A DNA stretch of 37,724 nucleotides, taken from the NCBI GenBank assembly GCA_028875135.1, contig JAPPFQ010000091.1:1-37724 (forward strand), given 5' to 3'. The notes beneath the pieces were generated by a model. The model searched no databases and was not told where the DNA came from. It saw only the letters and a list, made by a program, of their open reading frames with translations. Shown one piece after another: positions 1 through 7,058 of the stretch. The position numbers and the translations under genes were made by a program. The stretch comes from Acidobacteriota bacterium (GTDB lineage Bacteria > Acidobacteriota > Terriglobia > Versatilivoradales > Versatilivoraceae). Position 1 is the first letter of the stretch; each line of letters begins with the position of its first letter.

Positions 1-1
1 C

Positions 2-511
2 CCGCACCCGGTCATTGCTCCAGTGGTAGATGGGGCGCACCTTCAGGTCCACGGTCTTGTAGCTGCGGAAGGCCTGCTCGACGACGCTCAACCCCTTGTA
101 GGCGCGCACGGTCGCCTCGGCGCCCATCTCCTTGGCCGGCAGGCTGGTGCGGATGACGTAAAGACCGTCCAGGGCCGCCTCGGCGGCGATGGACTCGGTG
201 TTTCTCTCGTAGGTGAAGGACTCCTCGGTGATGTCGAGCTCGAAGTGCTTCGCCATCTTGTACTTTTTCACGACCTTGCCGACGCGTAGCGCAATCCGCT
301 CCCGACCCCGATAAGGACGGCGGTCCCGCCGGGTGGCCGCGACGATTTCATCCAGCAGCTCTTCGGTCTTCGAGAGCATTTCCTGGCGCTTCCGAGTCCG
401 CTGTCGAGCCAGCAGCGGATTGCGGCAGACCATCAATCGCTCATCGGGGTAGGCGTCCGAACGGATCTCGACCAGGTTGATTTCGTCAAACAGAGACAAC
501 GGAAAACCATG
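2..511 (-). mobile_element. IS1634-family (IS4-like DDE) transposase, C-terminal fragment; 5'-truncated relic whose 3' end runs off the left window edge
   Basis: The minus-strand frame is open from 511 to the window edge. It translates as LSLFDEINLVEIRSDAYPDERLMVCRNPLLARQRTRKRQEML...AALDGLYVIRTSLPAKEMGAEATVRAYKGLSVVEQAFRSYKTVDLKVRPIYHWSNDRVR. This is the conserved C-terminal half of IS1634-type transposases (DG.YV.RTS, VRAYK.L..VE.AFR..K..DL..RPI.H). An in-frame TGA (tca at 512-514) lies immediately upstream and no N-terminal half is present. Confidence 0.8.
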
Positions 512-615
512 TCAATTCAATACATGGGTACATTCTACGGAACGAATTTCGAGACAAACCTTTTCAAATCAATGACTTGTAGCGAAAATATGGGTCAAAC
601 AGGCTGGAAGTTCAC

Positions 616-795
616 ACTAGTTCGGCCTATGTGGACATGATCGAGCTGGAACCCGGCGCGATTTTCCTGGTTTACGATCGTATCCCCGGGGGTTGGAAGG
701 GTGTTCCGCGGGACTCCCCGGAGTGGAATGTAATCTATGCTGTTCGAATCATGGTGAGTCGTGCGGCTCAAGTAGAGTCAGAAGAGACACGTTGA
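616..795 (+). pseudogene. C-terminal relic of a BNR/Asp-box propeller gene (same subfamily as 33873-35138), 5' part missing
   Basis: Translation is SSAYVDMIELEPGAIFLVYDRIPGGWKGVPRDSPEWNVIYAVRIMV...*. It aligns with the C-terminus of the 33873-35138 product (TSAYIDLIEVSPNRVFLVYDRTPFGWEPVPPNSGERSRIYLLEVKI). There is no start codon, and the frame is open only from 583. It sits next to an AT-rich junction and the transposase relic. Confidence 0.7.
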
Positions 796-840
796 TGACC
801 CAGCCTTCTCTGCGACGTCAGCGACGTGCCGACCGTTCAC

Positions 841-2244
841 TTAATTTACAATCACTTCTCTCACTTTGATCGCCTTGCGCTGGCGGCCCTGGACGTCCAG
901 ATAGCGGAAGTCCGAATACGCGACCAGGAAACGATCCGCACCGGTGATAACGACGTCAGTGTTGCTGCAGCTGATTTTCCCGCTCAAGTCCCACCGATCC
1001 TCAGGGGACATCGCCAGCAGCTCCGTCTCGGCTGGCCCGACCAGGGAGTGCGCGCTGCTCCAAGTCCGGCCGCTGTCCGCCGAGGCCCGAACGTGCACCC
1101 CGGGTCGGCCGTAGACCACCGCCACCGCTCCGTTTTCCAGACGGCGAAGATGTGGAGTGACACTGAACGCAGCCAACTCGCGCGGCGGCGTCCAGGTGTG
1201 CCCGCCATCGGAAGAGCGAGCCGCCGCCAAATGGTTGCTGGCCTTGGGATCGCGACCCAACTGAGTCCGCATGACGCACAATAGGTCGCCATTGGGCATC
1301 CGCTCGATCGATTGCTCACCACAGCCGTATCCGAAGGTCGCCAGACCGGCCTGGTCGGCAATGGTCCCGCGGACTCGCCAGCTTCGCCCCCCGTCGCTCG
1401 AGGCCAGGCACTGAACCCGAAAAAACGTCCTTTCAAAGCGTGGATCTTGCGTCGAGTGCGCCCATAGAAGACTGCCGTCCGCCAGGGCCAGGACCACCTT
1501 GGGCCAGTCCGGCGGCCGGAAAATACTGCCAGCCTGATAATAAGGGCTGACTCTCACCACTCGTGGCAAATCATGCCACTCCCCGGTGGCATCTCTTGCC
1601 TGGACCAGGACACTCAAGAGCAGGTCCGAAGGTTCAACGGTACCGTACTCGTTTTGCCAGGGAGCGTCAGGATTGGCACGTGCCGTCAGGGGAAATCGAC
1701 GGACCCGCTGGGGCAGATCGACGTACCGATAGTAGGAGAAAACCTGGACATTCCAGGCGTCTCGAAAGGTCATGACCGGTTTCAACCCCAACTCGTCAAG
1801 GGAGATCTCTTCTCGATTCCGGTGACCGTAGCTGGAGTAATGATAGACGTACTTCTCAGTACCGAAAGCGACCTGCTCTCCGGTCGGCAGGGTCAGGATA
1901 TCGGGTGAGAAATCGACTTGATTCTCGGGGATCGGCTGCCAGGACCGGCCCTCATTCCGGGAGACGAAAAACTTTGTCGGCTGGTGTACGCCGACTTCCG
2001 CATCTTCCCCCACGTTCATCGCCAGATAGATCTGGCCGCCGCGGCCCCGCCACATATCGGGGAATTGGTAAAATCCCCAGCGTTTTTCGCCGGGCGGACT
2101 CACGGCCACGATCACCGGCTCACCGAGGGTCACTTCCGGAACGGCGGAAACACTTTCCGATTCCCCTGCGTCATGGGTGCAACTGCCCAAAGCGCACAGG
2201 AGAATCAGGACACCCGTTCTTGCCACTTCTTTGTCTTTGCGCAT
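841..2244 (-). CDS. BNR/Asp-box repeat beta-propeller protein (sialidase-like fold), predicted lipoprotein; subfamily A
   Basis: Asp-boxes are SRNEGRSWQP, SSDGGRSWRV, SSDGGHTWTP and SADSGRTWSS. With the ATG at 2244 the N-terminus is MRKDKEVARTGVLILLCALGSC (signal peptide plus lipobox-like LGSC). The longest ORF extends to 2370, but that upstream part is not signal-like. It is a close paralogue of 12458-13894. Confidence 0.85.
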   Translation of the reverse strand: MRKDKEVARTGVLILLCALGSCTHDAGESESVSAVPEVTLGEPVIVAVSPPGEKRWGFYQFPDMWRGRGGQIYLAMNVGEDAEVGVHQPTKFFVSRNEGRSWQPIPENQVDFSPDILTLPTGEQVAFGTEKYVYHYSSYGHRNREEISLDELGLKPVMTFRDAWNVQVFSYYRYVDLPQRVRRFPLTARANPDAPWQNEYGTVEPSDLLLSVLVQARDATGEWHDLPRVVRVSPYYQAGSIFRPPDWPKVVLALADGSLLWAHSTQDPRFERTFFRVQCLASSDGGRSWRVRGTIADQAGLATFGYGCGEQSIERMPNGDLLCVMRTQLGRDPKASNHLAAARSSDGGHTWTPPRELAAFSVTPHLRRLENGAVAVVYGRPGVHVRASADSGRTWSSAHSLVGPAETELLAMSPEDRWDLSGKISCSNTDVVITGADRFLVAYSDFRYLDVQGRQRKAIKVREVIVN

Positions 2245-2390
2245 CTGTTCTCGGTTTCCGACACCGGAAACGGTCCGCTCAACTCTTCTTTTCAGTCCTC
2301 CCGGAGGGCCGGCAGGCCCAGCCTCAGCCCGGCAATTCGGCAAAGCAGCTTCCCGCTTGTCACACGCCAATAGTGAGACGCATCACGCCG

Positions 2391-2822
2391 TCACTTCGGC
2401 CGTATCCGCGCCCGTCGAGCCTGGATCCTGGCATAGGTTTCATAGTGGGCGAACGGACTGTCCTTGGCCCGGCGCGTCATCCGGGGATAGTTCTCGCGGT
2501 TGCCCGGAGAGAAGAAGGGACGCTGGGCCTTGGTGGTCAGTCCCAGCTCCTCGGCCAGCGTCAGACCGGCGCCGGGCGTGCGCAGAAGGGCGTCCTTCTC
2601 CTCGGGGGTGGTCAGACGCTGGAAGACACCCTCCTCCTCGTCCGTGATGATGTGGACCACGTCTTCCCTGAGCCATCTTCGGAAATAATCTTCTCGTTCC
2701 TCCCGCCGGGCGGCTTCCTCTCCTCCCTGGCTCAGCGTGCGTCCCCAGGACGGGACGGCGGCCAGCCAGAGGACGGACACGGCAGCAACCAGCAGGAAGT
2801 TAGAGAGAGGCCTCGTCGCCAT
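2391..2822 (-). CDS. hypothetical exported protein (~143 aa), function unknown
   Basis: The ORF sits between two clear genes on the same strand. With the ATG at 2822 the N-terminus is MATRPLSNFLLVAAVSVLWLAAVPSWG (signal-like). The segment YFRRWLREDVVHIITDEEEGVFQRLTTPEEKD loosely resembles the N-terminal motif of GWxTD-family proteins, but the rest of that domain is absent. Confidence 0.55.
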   Translation of the reverse strand: MATRPLSNFLLVAAVSVLWLAAVPSWGRTLSQGGEEAARREEREDYFRRWLREDVVHIITDEEEGVFQRLTTPEEKDALLRTPGAGLTLAEELGLTTKAQRPFFSPGNRENYPRMTRRAKDSPFAHYETYARIQARRARIRPK

Positions 2823-2944
2823 TCTTCCTCCCACAAGAAAAGATCCGAGATGTGGGAATCGAGTTGTGGACATCCTACCTCAGTGGGGAGTCCATTTCAC
2901 CGCGAACCGTCTCACCGTGAACCGTCGTTCGGAAGCGGCGGCGG

Positions 2945-3943
2945 TTACCCCTCCCGGCTCAGGTCGATTGGATTGGACCAGGCACGACCGTCCTCGCCGT
3001 CCCACAGCTCGACCCGGACGTAACATCCCACGACTCGAGGCCGCTCCCAATAGCCCCGATCCAGAAATCGATCGGTCATCTCCGCGATCTTGCCGGGAGT
3101 GGCCAGGGCCGAAAGCGGTGCACGGGCCTCCGTCAGGCGGTCACCCGCTGGCGCCACCCGACGGACGCCCAGCCAGGGTGACGAGGCGAACCAGACCGAA
3201 CGAACGGGCGTGGTCTTCACCCGGATCTCGCCGTCCTCTACCGCGATCTCCTCGATTCGAGGCCCGGTCGTGGAGTAGAAGCGGCCCTGCCGGATAGCCT
3301 CCAAGATTTCGGCGGAAGTCCGAGTCCGCGCCCAGACCATAATCCAAGCTTCGGCCTGATCACGAAACGGCTGCCGACCCAGGGGTGCAAATGTCAACTC
3401 GGGACGGACCCCACTATGCCGGTCGTCGCTGGCCACGCCCCAGAGCCTGTGCCCCCCGGCCAGCAATTCGTCCCACTGGGCGGTGGAATCGCCACGGCGT
3501 CCGTTCCAGTGGTTGGGCGCGTTGAAGATCTCGATTCCCACCAGACCCTTCAATCGGGAAACGGCGGCGGAAGAGATACCACTCAGGGAAGGATGGGAGA
3601 GAAAGGGGATTCCACCCTGCTCCAGCACTTCATCGATGACTCGCTGTGGACTTGCCATATGGCTCGCCATCCGCTGAATTCCCAGGGCCAGGACCTCGGC
3701 CGGAAAGGTCTCCTGCCACTTGACCCCGATCTCGGCACCCGGCAGGACGAGGATCTCGCGGGATGGGTGCCCGCTGACGTCGGTGACCAGGTTGTGGTCG
3801 GTGACGAAGAGGAAATCGTATTCGTGGCGGGTGTACCACGTCGCCAGTTCGTTCAGGCCAAAGAGACCGTCCGAATTGGTGGTGTGATTGTGGACGTTGC
3901 CCCGGTACCATTGGCCCGGGCCTTCAAAGAGATGCATCGGCAT
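2945..3943 (-). CDS. PHP-domain metal-dependent phosphoesterase (CehA/McbA-like), copy 1
   Basis: The N-terminus is MPMHLFEGPGQWYRGNVHNHTTNSDG...YDFLFVTDHN, which carries the PHP H-x-H and DH motifs. Downstream motifs include FLSHPS and ASDDRHSG. It is a paralogue of 17469-18485 with long identical runs. No signal peptide is present. Confidence 0.85.
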   Translation of the reverse strand: MPMHLFEGPGQWYRGNVHNHTTNSDGLFGLNELATWYTRHEYDFLFVTDHNLVTDVSGHPSREILVLPGAEIGVKWQETFPAEVLALGIQRMASHMASPQRVIDEVLEQGGIPFLSHPSLSGISSAAVSRLKGLVGIEIFNAPNHWNGRRGDSTAQWDELLAGGHRLWGVASDDRHSGVRPELTFAPLGRQPFRDQAEAWIMVWARTRTSAEILEAIRQGRFYSTTGPRIEEIAVEDGEIRVKTTPVRSVWFASSPWLGVRRVAPAGDRLTEARAPLSALATPGKIAEMTDRFLDRGYWERPRVVGCYVRVELWDGEDGRAWSNPIDLSREG

Positions 3944-3974
3944 TTCTCAAAACCACCTGCTTCCAAGTTTCAGG

Positions 3975-5120
3975 TCAGTCCCCCTCCAGCCTCAACCTGC
4001 AGTAACGCGCATGGGTGTCGCCCGACTGCGTGCACCAGAAGCTGACCATCAGCTCATTCGCGGCCAGGCCGATGATCTGGGGAGCCCCGTAGGCGATGAC
4101 GTCATGACTGCTGGGATATCGGTCGGTCCGGGGCACGCCTAGCGCCTCCTTGCCGTAGGCGTCCCAGACCACCACCGGATCCTGGCTCCAGGTCTCTCCC
4201 CCATCCTCGGAGAAGATGAGCTTGATGCCGGGTTGGTCCGTATTTTCCCGGTGGGAATAGACCAGAACCAGCCGGCCCGCGCCCATCTCTACCAGCCCAC
4301 TGGTCTGCCCCGGGATCTTCGACGCCCGAGGACGGCTCCAGGTCCTTCCCGACGCGTCCAGAGAGGTCACGAAGTGGAGATCGAAGAACTGGGTCATTGC
4401 CAGGTTTCCGGTCCAGAGAGAGCCCAGCAGCCGCCCATTGGACAAGCGGATGAAACTCCCATGGGAATAGGAGCGGTCTTCGGCGGTCCCATCGGCCACG
4501 TCCACCCAGTCGCCCCAATTCTTGCCGGCGTCGCTGGAGAAAAGGGCGAAGGTCTTGTTCAAGTGAGGGCCGGCATTATCGTAGGACTTCCAAGTCTCGA
4601 AGATCTGCATCCAGTTTCCGTCTTCCAGTACGATGGCGGGACCGTCCGCCGCCGGCTCCAGTCCGGAAGGCAGGGGCGGCAAGCTGGCCTGCGGCGGGTC
4701 GGACCAGGTCCTGCCCCCGTCGAAGGAGCGGAGATAGAGGGTCTGGCAGTGACTAATGCCGCCAGTTTCCTGGTTGAAATAGAAATGGTCCGGGTCGGAA
4801 TGCTCCGCTCGATTCACCTTCATCACCAAGCTGCCGTCATGGAGCATCGTGATCTGGGCGCCCCGGTAATTGTAGTGGCTGTCGTCGCGGAAGCGGTCGC
4901 GAATGGGACCCTCGTGCTCCCACGTCTCTCCTCCGTCGTTGGACCGGAGCTGGTGAATCATCCCGTCGCGGGAGTACATGGCCTGGCCATATCGGAAGAC
5001 GCAGATCAATTCCTTCCCTGAGAGCGGCTGCACGCAAGGAGCGTAGGCGATGATGGCCCGATGACCCGGATGGGGATTGCGGTACAGGACGCCTTGATCC
5101 AAGATTCTGAGAGCATTCAT
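3975..5120 (-). CDS. BNR/Asp-box repeat beta-propeller protein, no signal peptide (cytoplasmic); subfamily B
   Basis: Asp-boxes are SNDGGETWEH, SFDGGRTWSD, SSDAGKNWGD and SEDGGETWSQ. The C-terminal ...FWCTQSGDTHARYCRLRL motif is shared with 35286-36392. I prefer the ATG at 5120 (MNALRILDQG) over 5249. The stretch 5221-5249 of the extension is covered, in another frame, by the C-terminal relic of the neighbouring pseudogene. The 5120 start also matches the paralogue length. Confidence 0.85.
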   Translation of the reverse strand: MNALRILDQGVLYRNPHPGHRAIIAYAPCVQPLSGKELICVFRYGQAMYSRDGMIHQLRSNDGGETWEHEGPIRDRFRDDSHYNYRGAQITMLHDGSLVMKVNRAEHSDPDHFYFNQETGGISHCQTLYLRSFDGGRTWSDPPQASLPPLPSGLEPAADGPAIVLEDGNWMQIFETWKSYDNAGPHLNKTFALFSSDAGKNWGDWVDVADGTAEDRSYSHGSFIRLSNGRLLGSLWTGNLAMTQFFDLHFVTSLDASGRTWSRPRASKIPGQTSGLVEMGAGRLVLVYSHRENTDQPGIKLIFSEDGGETWSQDPVVVWDAYGKEALGVPRTDRYPSSHDVIAYGAPQIIGLAANELMVSFWCTQSGDTHARYCRLRLEGD

Positions 5121-5220
5121 GATGGTCTTGGTTACCTCATCTTGATCTGGCCGGTACTGGGCGGGGAACCCTTCCCTGGCCCGTCCCGGGTCTGTGAGTA
5201 TGCGGCCAGGGGATTTTGCA

Positions 5221-6089
5221 TCAACTGTAACCGAGTCGGATGCGAACATCTACGATCTGTACGGGCTCGGCGGGGTCACCCCGAGGGGGAGGTTCGACAG
5301 TTACCCGAAGTGTGTTCTTGCCTTTTTTCAAGTTCCGCGGATCGATTTTGAATTCAACCCAGCCCGCGTCGTCTATCCAAACCGCCCCAGAACCACAGAT
5401 CGCGCGAAGCCACGCCCTCCCTTTGAAACATGTCCTTCAGGGGGTGCGCTGCTTCCGATTGCCTGAGAAGCTCCCTCTCCTTCTCGGGGTCATACAGCTT
5501 CGTTTTCCAACGCTGCTCCTCGATGGGCATGAATCGATTCAGCCAAGGGACGACCATTTCCTCCCAGTGGGTACGTGAGATATAGCCAAGCAGGAGTTCG
5601 GGATGGGCCAGCTTGAGGGAGGACCAGTATCCGGCTTTCGGAACGTAGCGCGAGCAGTGCACATCGTTCATGCGGATGGAATAAAAAAAACTCCTTCTGG
5701 TGCTTGCGCGCGAAGTCGACGACATGCTGGACCGGATTCGGCCCCAACACTTCAATGTATTTTGTCGGGAACTCCCAATCCGGCTCATTGGTGCGCGCGC
5801 AGTAGAGGATGGTCTCCACGGACGTGCCCTCCAAGAATCGCAAGGTTCCGTCCCAGAACTGCTCGACCGATTCCAGAGGAATCGGCCATTTTCCACCAGC
5901 GTAAGCGATCGACTGAATGTCGCTGCCATCGTTGTTCCAGATGATAGGGCGCCTTTGCAATCTTGCCTTCGTTCTCTCGCGAACGATCTCCGGCTGCAAG
6001 AACCGGCTACCTCGTGCGGACGGTAAAGTCGCAGAGGTCCACAGCCCAACTCCCCCGATGCCTTGCAGAAAGACCCTTCGATTTTTCAT
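5221..6089 (-). pseudogene. decayed paralogue of the Tat-exported TIM-barrel-like gene 31806-33728 (frameshift plus large internal deletion)
   Basis: - Frame 1 (6089-5490) reads MKNRRVFLQGIGG...IIWNNDGSDIQS...TNEPDWEFPTKYIEVLGPNPVQHVVDFARKHQKEFF.
- After the A8 run at 5683-5690, homology continues in a second frame: FFYSIRMNDVH...HPELLLGYIS...ASRDLWFW.
- After ~5390, homology jumps to the extreme C-terminus of the paralogue in a third frame: WVEFKIDPRNLKKGKNTLRVTVEPPPRGDPAEPVQIVDVRI* versus WIGLQLPGNLIRKGPNSLELSVEPAQQGDPSVPVELLQVRL.
- About 340 codons are missing. Confidence 0.85.
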
Positions 6090-6190
6090 ACTTCCCCCCT
6101 TCTTGGATCTTGAGCAAGGGGAAATCAGGAGGACGGTACCGGAAACTGAATTCTGCTATAAATTAAAAAAATGGACAGAGGACGAAATCG

Positions 6191-6970
6191 ATGCCCCGAT
6201 GTTTGCAAATCTTTTTCATCACCGTCATGACCGCAACCTGGCTGGCTGGCGAGGTGATCTACCGCGAAACCTTTGACCAAGGGAACGGCTCCACGGGACC
6301 TCAGCAAGGTTGGACGGTGGGCAAGAATACGGAAATCAATCGAGGTCCTGAGACTTGGCACAAGAACATTTTGGGGTACATGGGTTGGGGAGCTCCCTTG
6401 GAATGGACCCCCCAGGGGGGTCGATCAGGAGGCTATGCTACCTCCTCTTCACCCTGGTACTTCGACGATAACCACGGAGAGTTCTTTTGGTTTCATATCG
6501 TCCTCCGGGTTCGCCAAACAAAAGATATCGGCATTCAGGGCAAAGATCTCCGTAACGCCCGGGTAGAGCTCTCGCTGAGGGGCCGCGACTTGGCCGTAAA
6601 CGACTTGAAACTGTATTTTTGGATTCAAGGAGAGGGCGGACGCAGTGGCTACTATACAAAACCCGCCTTGGTGAACTGGGCCCTGACATCCGAGCCTCTG
6701 GAGGACGCGCTACGCGATGGTCAATGGAACGACGTGTCCTTTCAGCTCACGACCGACGAAACTCGATGGAGCCAACTGGGTTTGATCAACGGAGGTCTGG
6801 CCAGGAAGATCAGGGTGATTCAGAGTCGCACCATGGCGGACGGATTTCTCGAAGGGATCCTCGCCGGCAAGCATTGGAACTTTGGCTTTCTGCTCTGCGG
6901 TATCGATCCTCGAGACCTCCCGCAGGGCAAGATCGACATTGATGAATTCAGAATCGTCGCATCCGAGTAA
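6191..6970 (+). CDS. secreted protein of unknown function, novel paralogous family (member P1)
   Basis: It has an N-terminal signal-like segment (MPRCLQIFFITVMTATWLAGE). It shares strongly conserved blocks with 10686-11471 and 11509-12402: WH.NILGY, GGRSGGYA, SPWYFDDNHGEF.W, DLRNA.V.LSLRGRD, WALTS.PLE, GLINGGL..KI...QS and G.ID.DEF.I. I recognise no known domain. Confidence 0.85.
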   Translation: MPRCLQIFFITVMTATWLAGEVIYRETFDQGNGSTGPQQGWTVGKNTEINRGPETWHKNILGYMGWGAPLEWTPQGGRSGGYATSSSPWYFDDNHGEFFWFHIVLRVRQTKDIGIQGKDLRNARVELSLRGRDLAVNDLKLYFWIQGEGGRSGYYTKPALVNWALTSEPLEDALRDGQWNDVSFQLTTDETRWSQLGLINGGLARKIRVIQSRTMADGFLEGILAGKHWNFGFLLCGIDPRDLPQGKIDIDEFRIVASE

Positions 6971-7058
6971 AGGCTATCCAAGTCGCAGTAGTGCCTGAGG
7001 CACCGGCCGCGTCGACCAACTGGGCTTCCGGCGACGGTGAGTGCGAATTATGCTTCCG

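Noticed and set aside
2391-2822. Calling the small exported protein a GWxTD-domain protein.
   Set aside because: Only a short N-terminal stretch (WLREDVVHIITDEEE..F..L.T.EEK) resembles that family. The defining downstream FW..RDP and GWxTD motifs are absent in all frames, so I left it as hypothetical.
1905-3023. Long antisense or out-of-frame ORFs. This 372-aa ORF is one example. Others are 8388-9467 (+), 31995-33029 (+), 35217-36014 (+), 18330-19193 (+), 4233-5021 (+), 20353-21141 (-), 21544-22236 (-), 10932-11705 (-) and 12440-13120 (-).
   Set aside because: They are shadow ORFs, typical of GC-rich DNA. Their translations are Arg/Pro/Gly/Ser-rich and low in complexity, with no recognisable motifs. 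Each overlaps an opposite-strand or other-frame ORF that has clear family signatures.
5121-5249. A longer start (ATG at 5249) for the subfamily-B propeller gene.
   Set aside because: Its distal part (5221-5249) is covered, in another frame, by the C-terminal relic of the decayed TIM-barrel gene. No SD lies upstream of 5249. The 5120 start matches the length and N-terminus style of the paralogue at 35286-36392.
6140-6180. AT-rich islands with TATAAA-like cores upstream of several genes, as a shared promoter motif: ctataaattaaaaaaa at ~6155-6170, tttataatttata at ~9812-9824 and ttaaataaaagcc at ~23680.
   Set aside because: They are plausibly promoter regions. They share only generic AT-richness, with no consistent -35/-10 spacing. 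Only the exactly duplicated 16-mer at 15554 and 20024 is reported as a feature.
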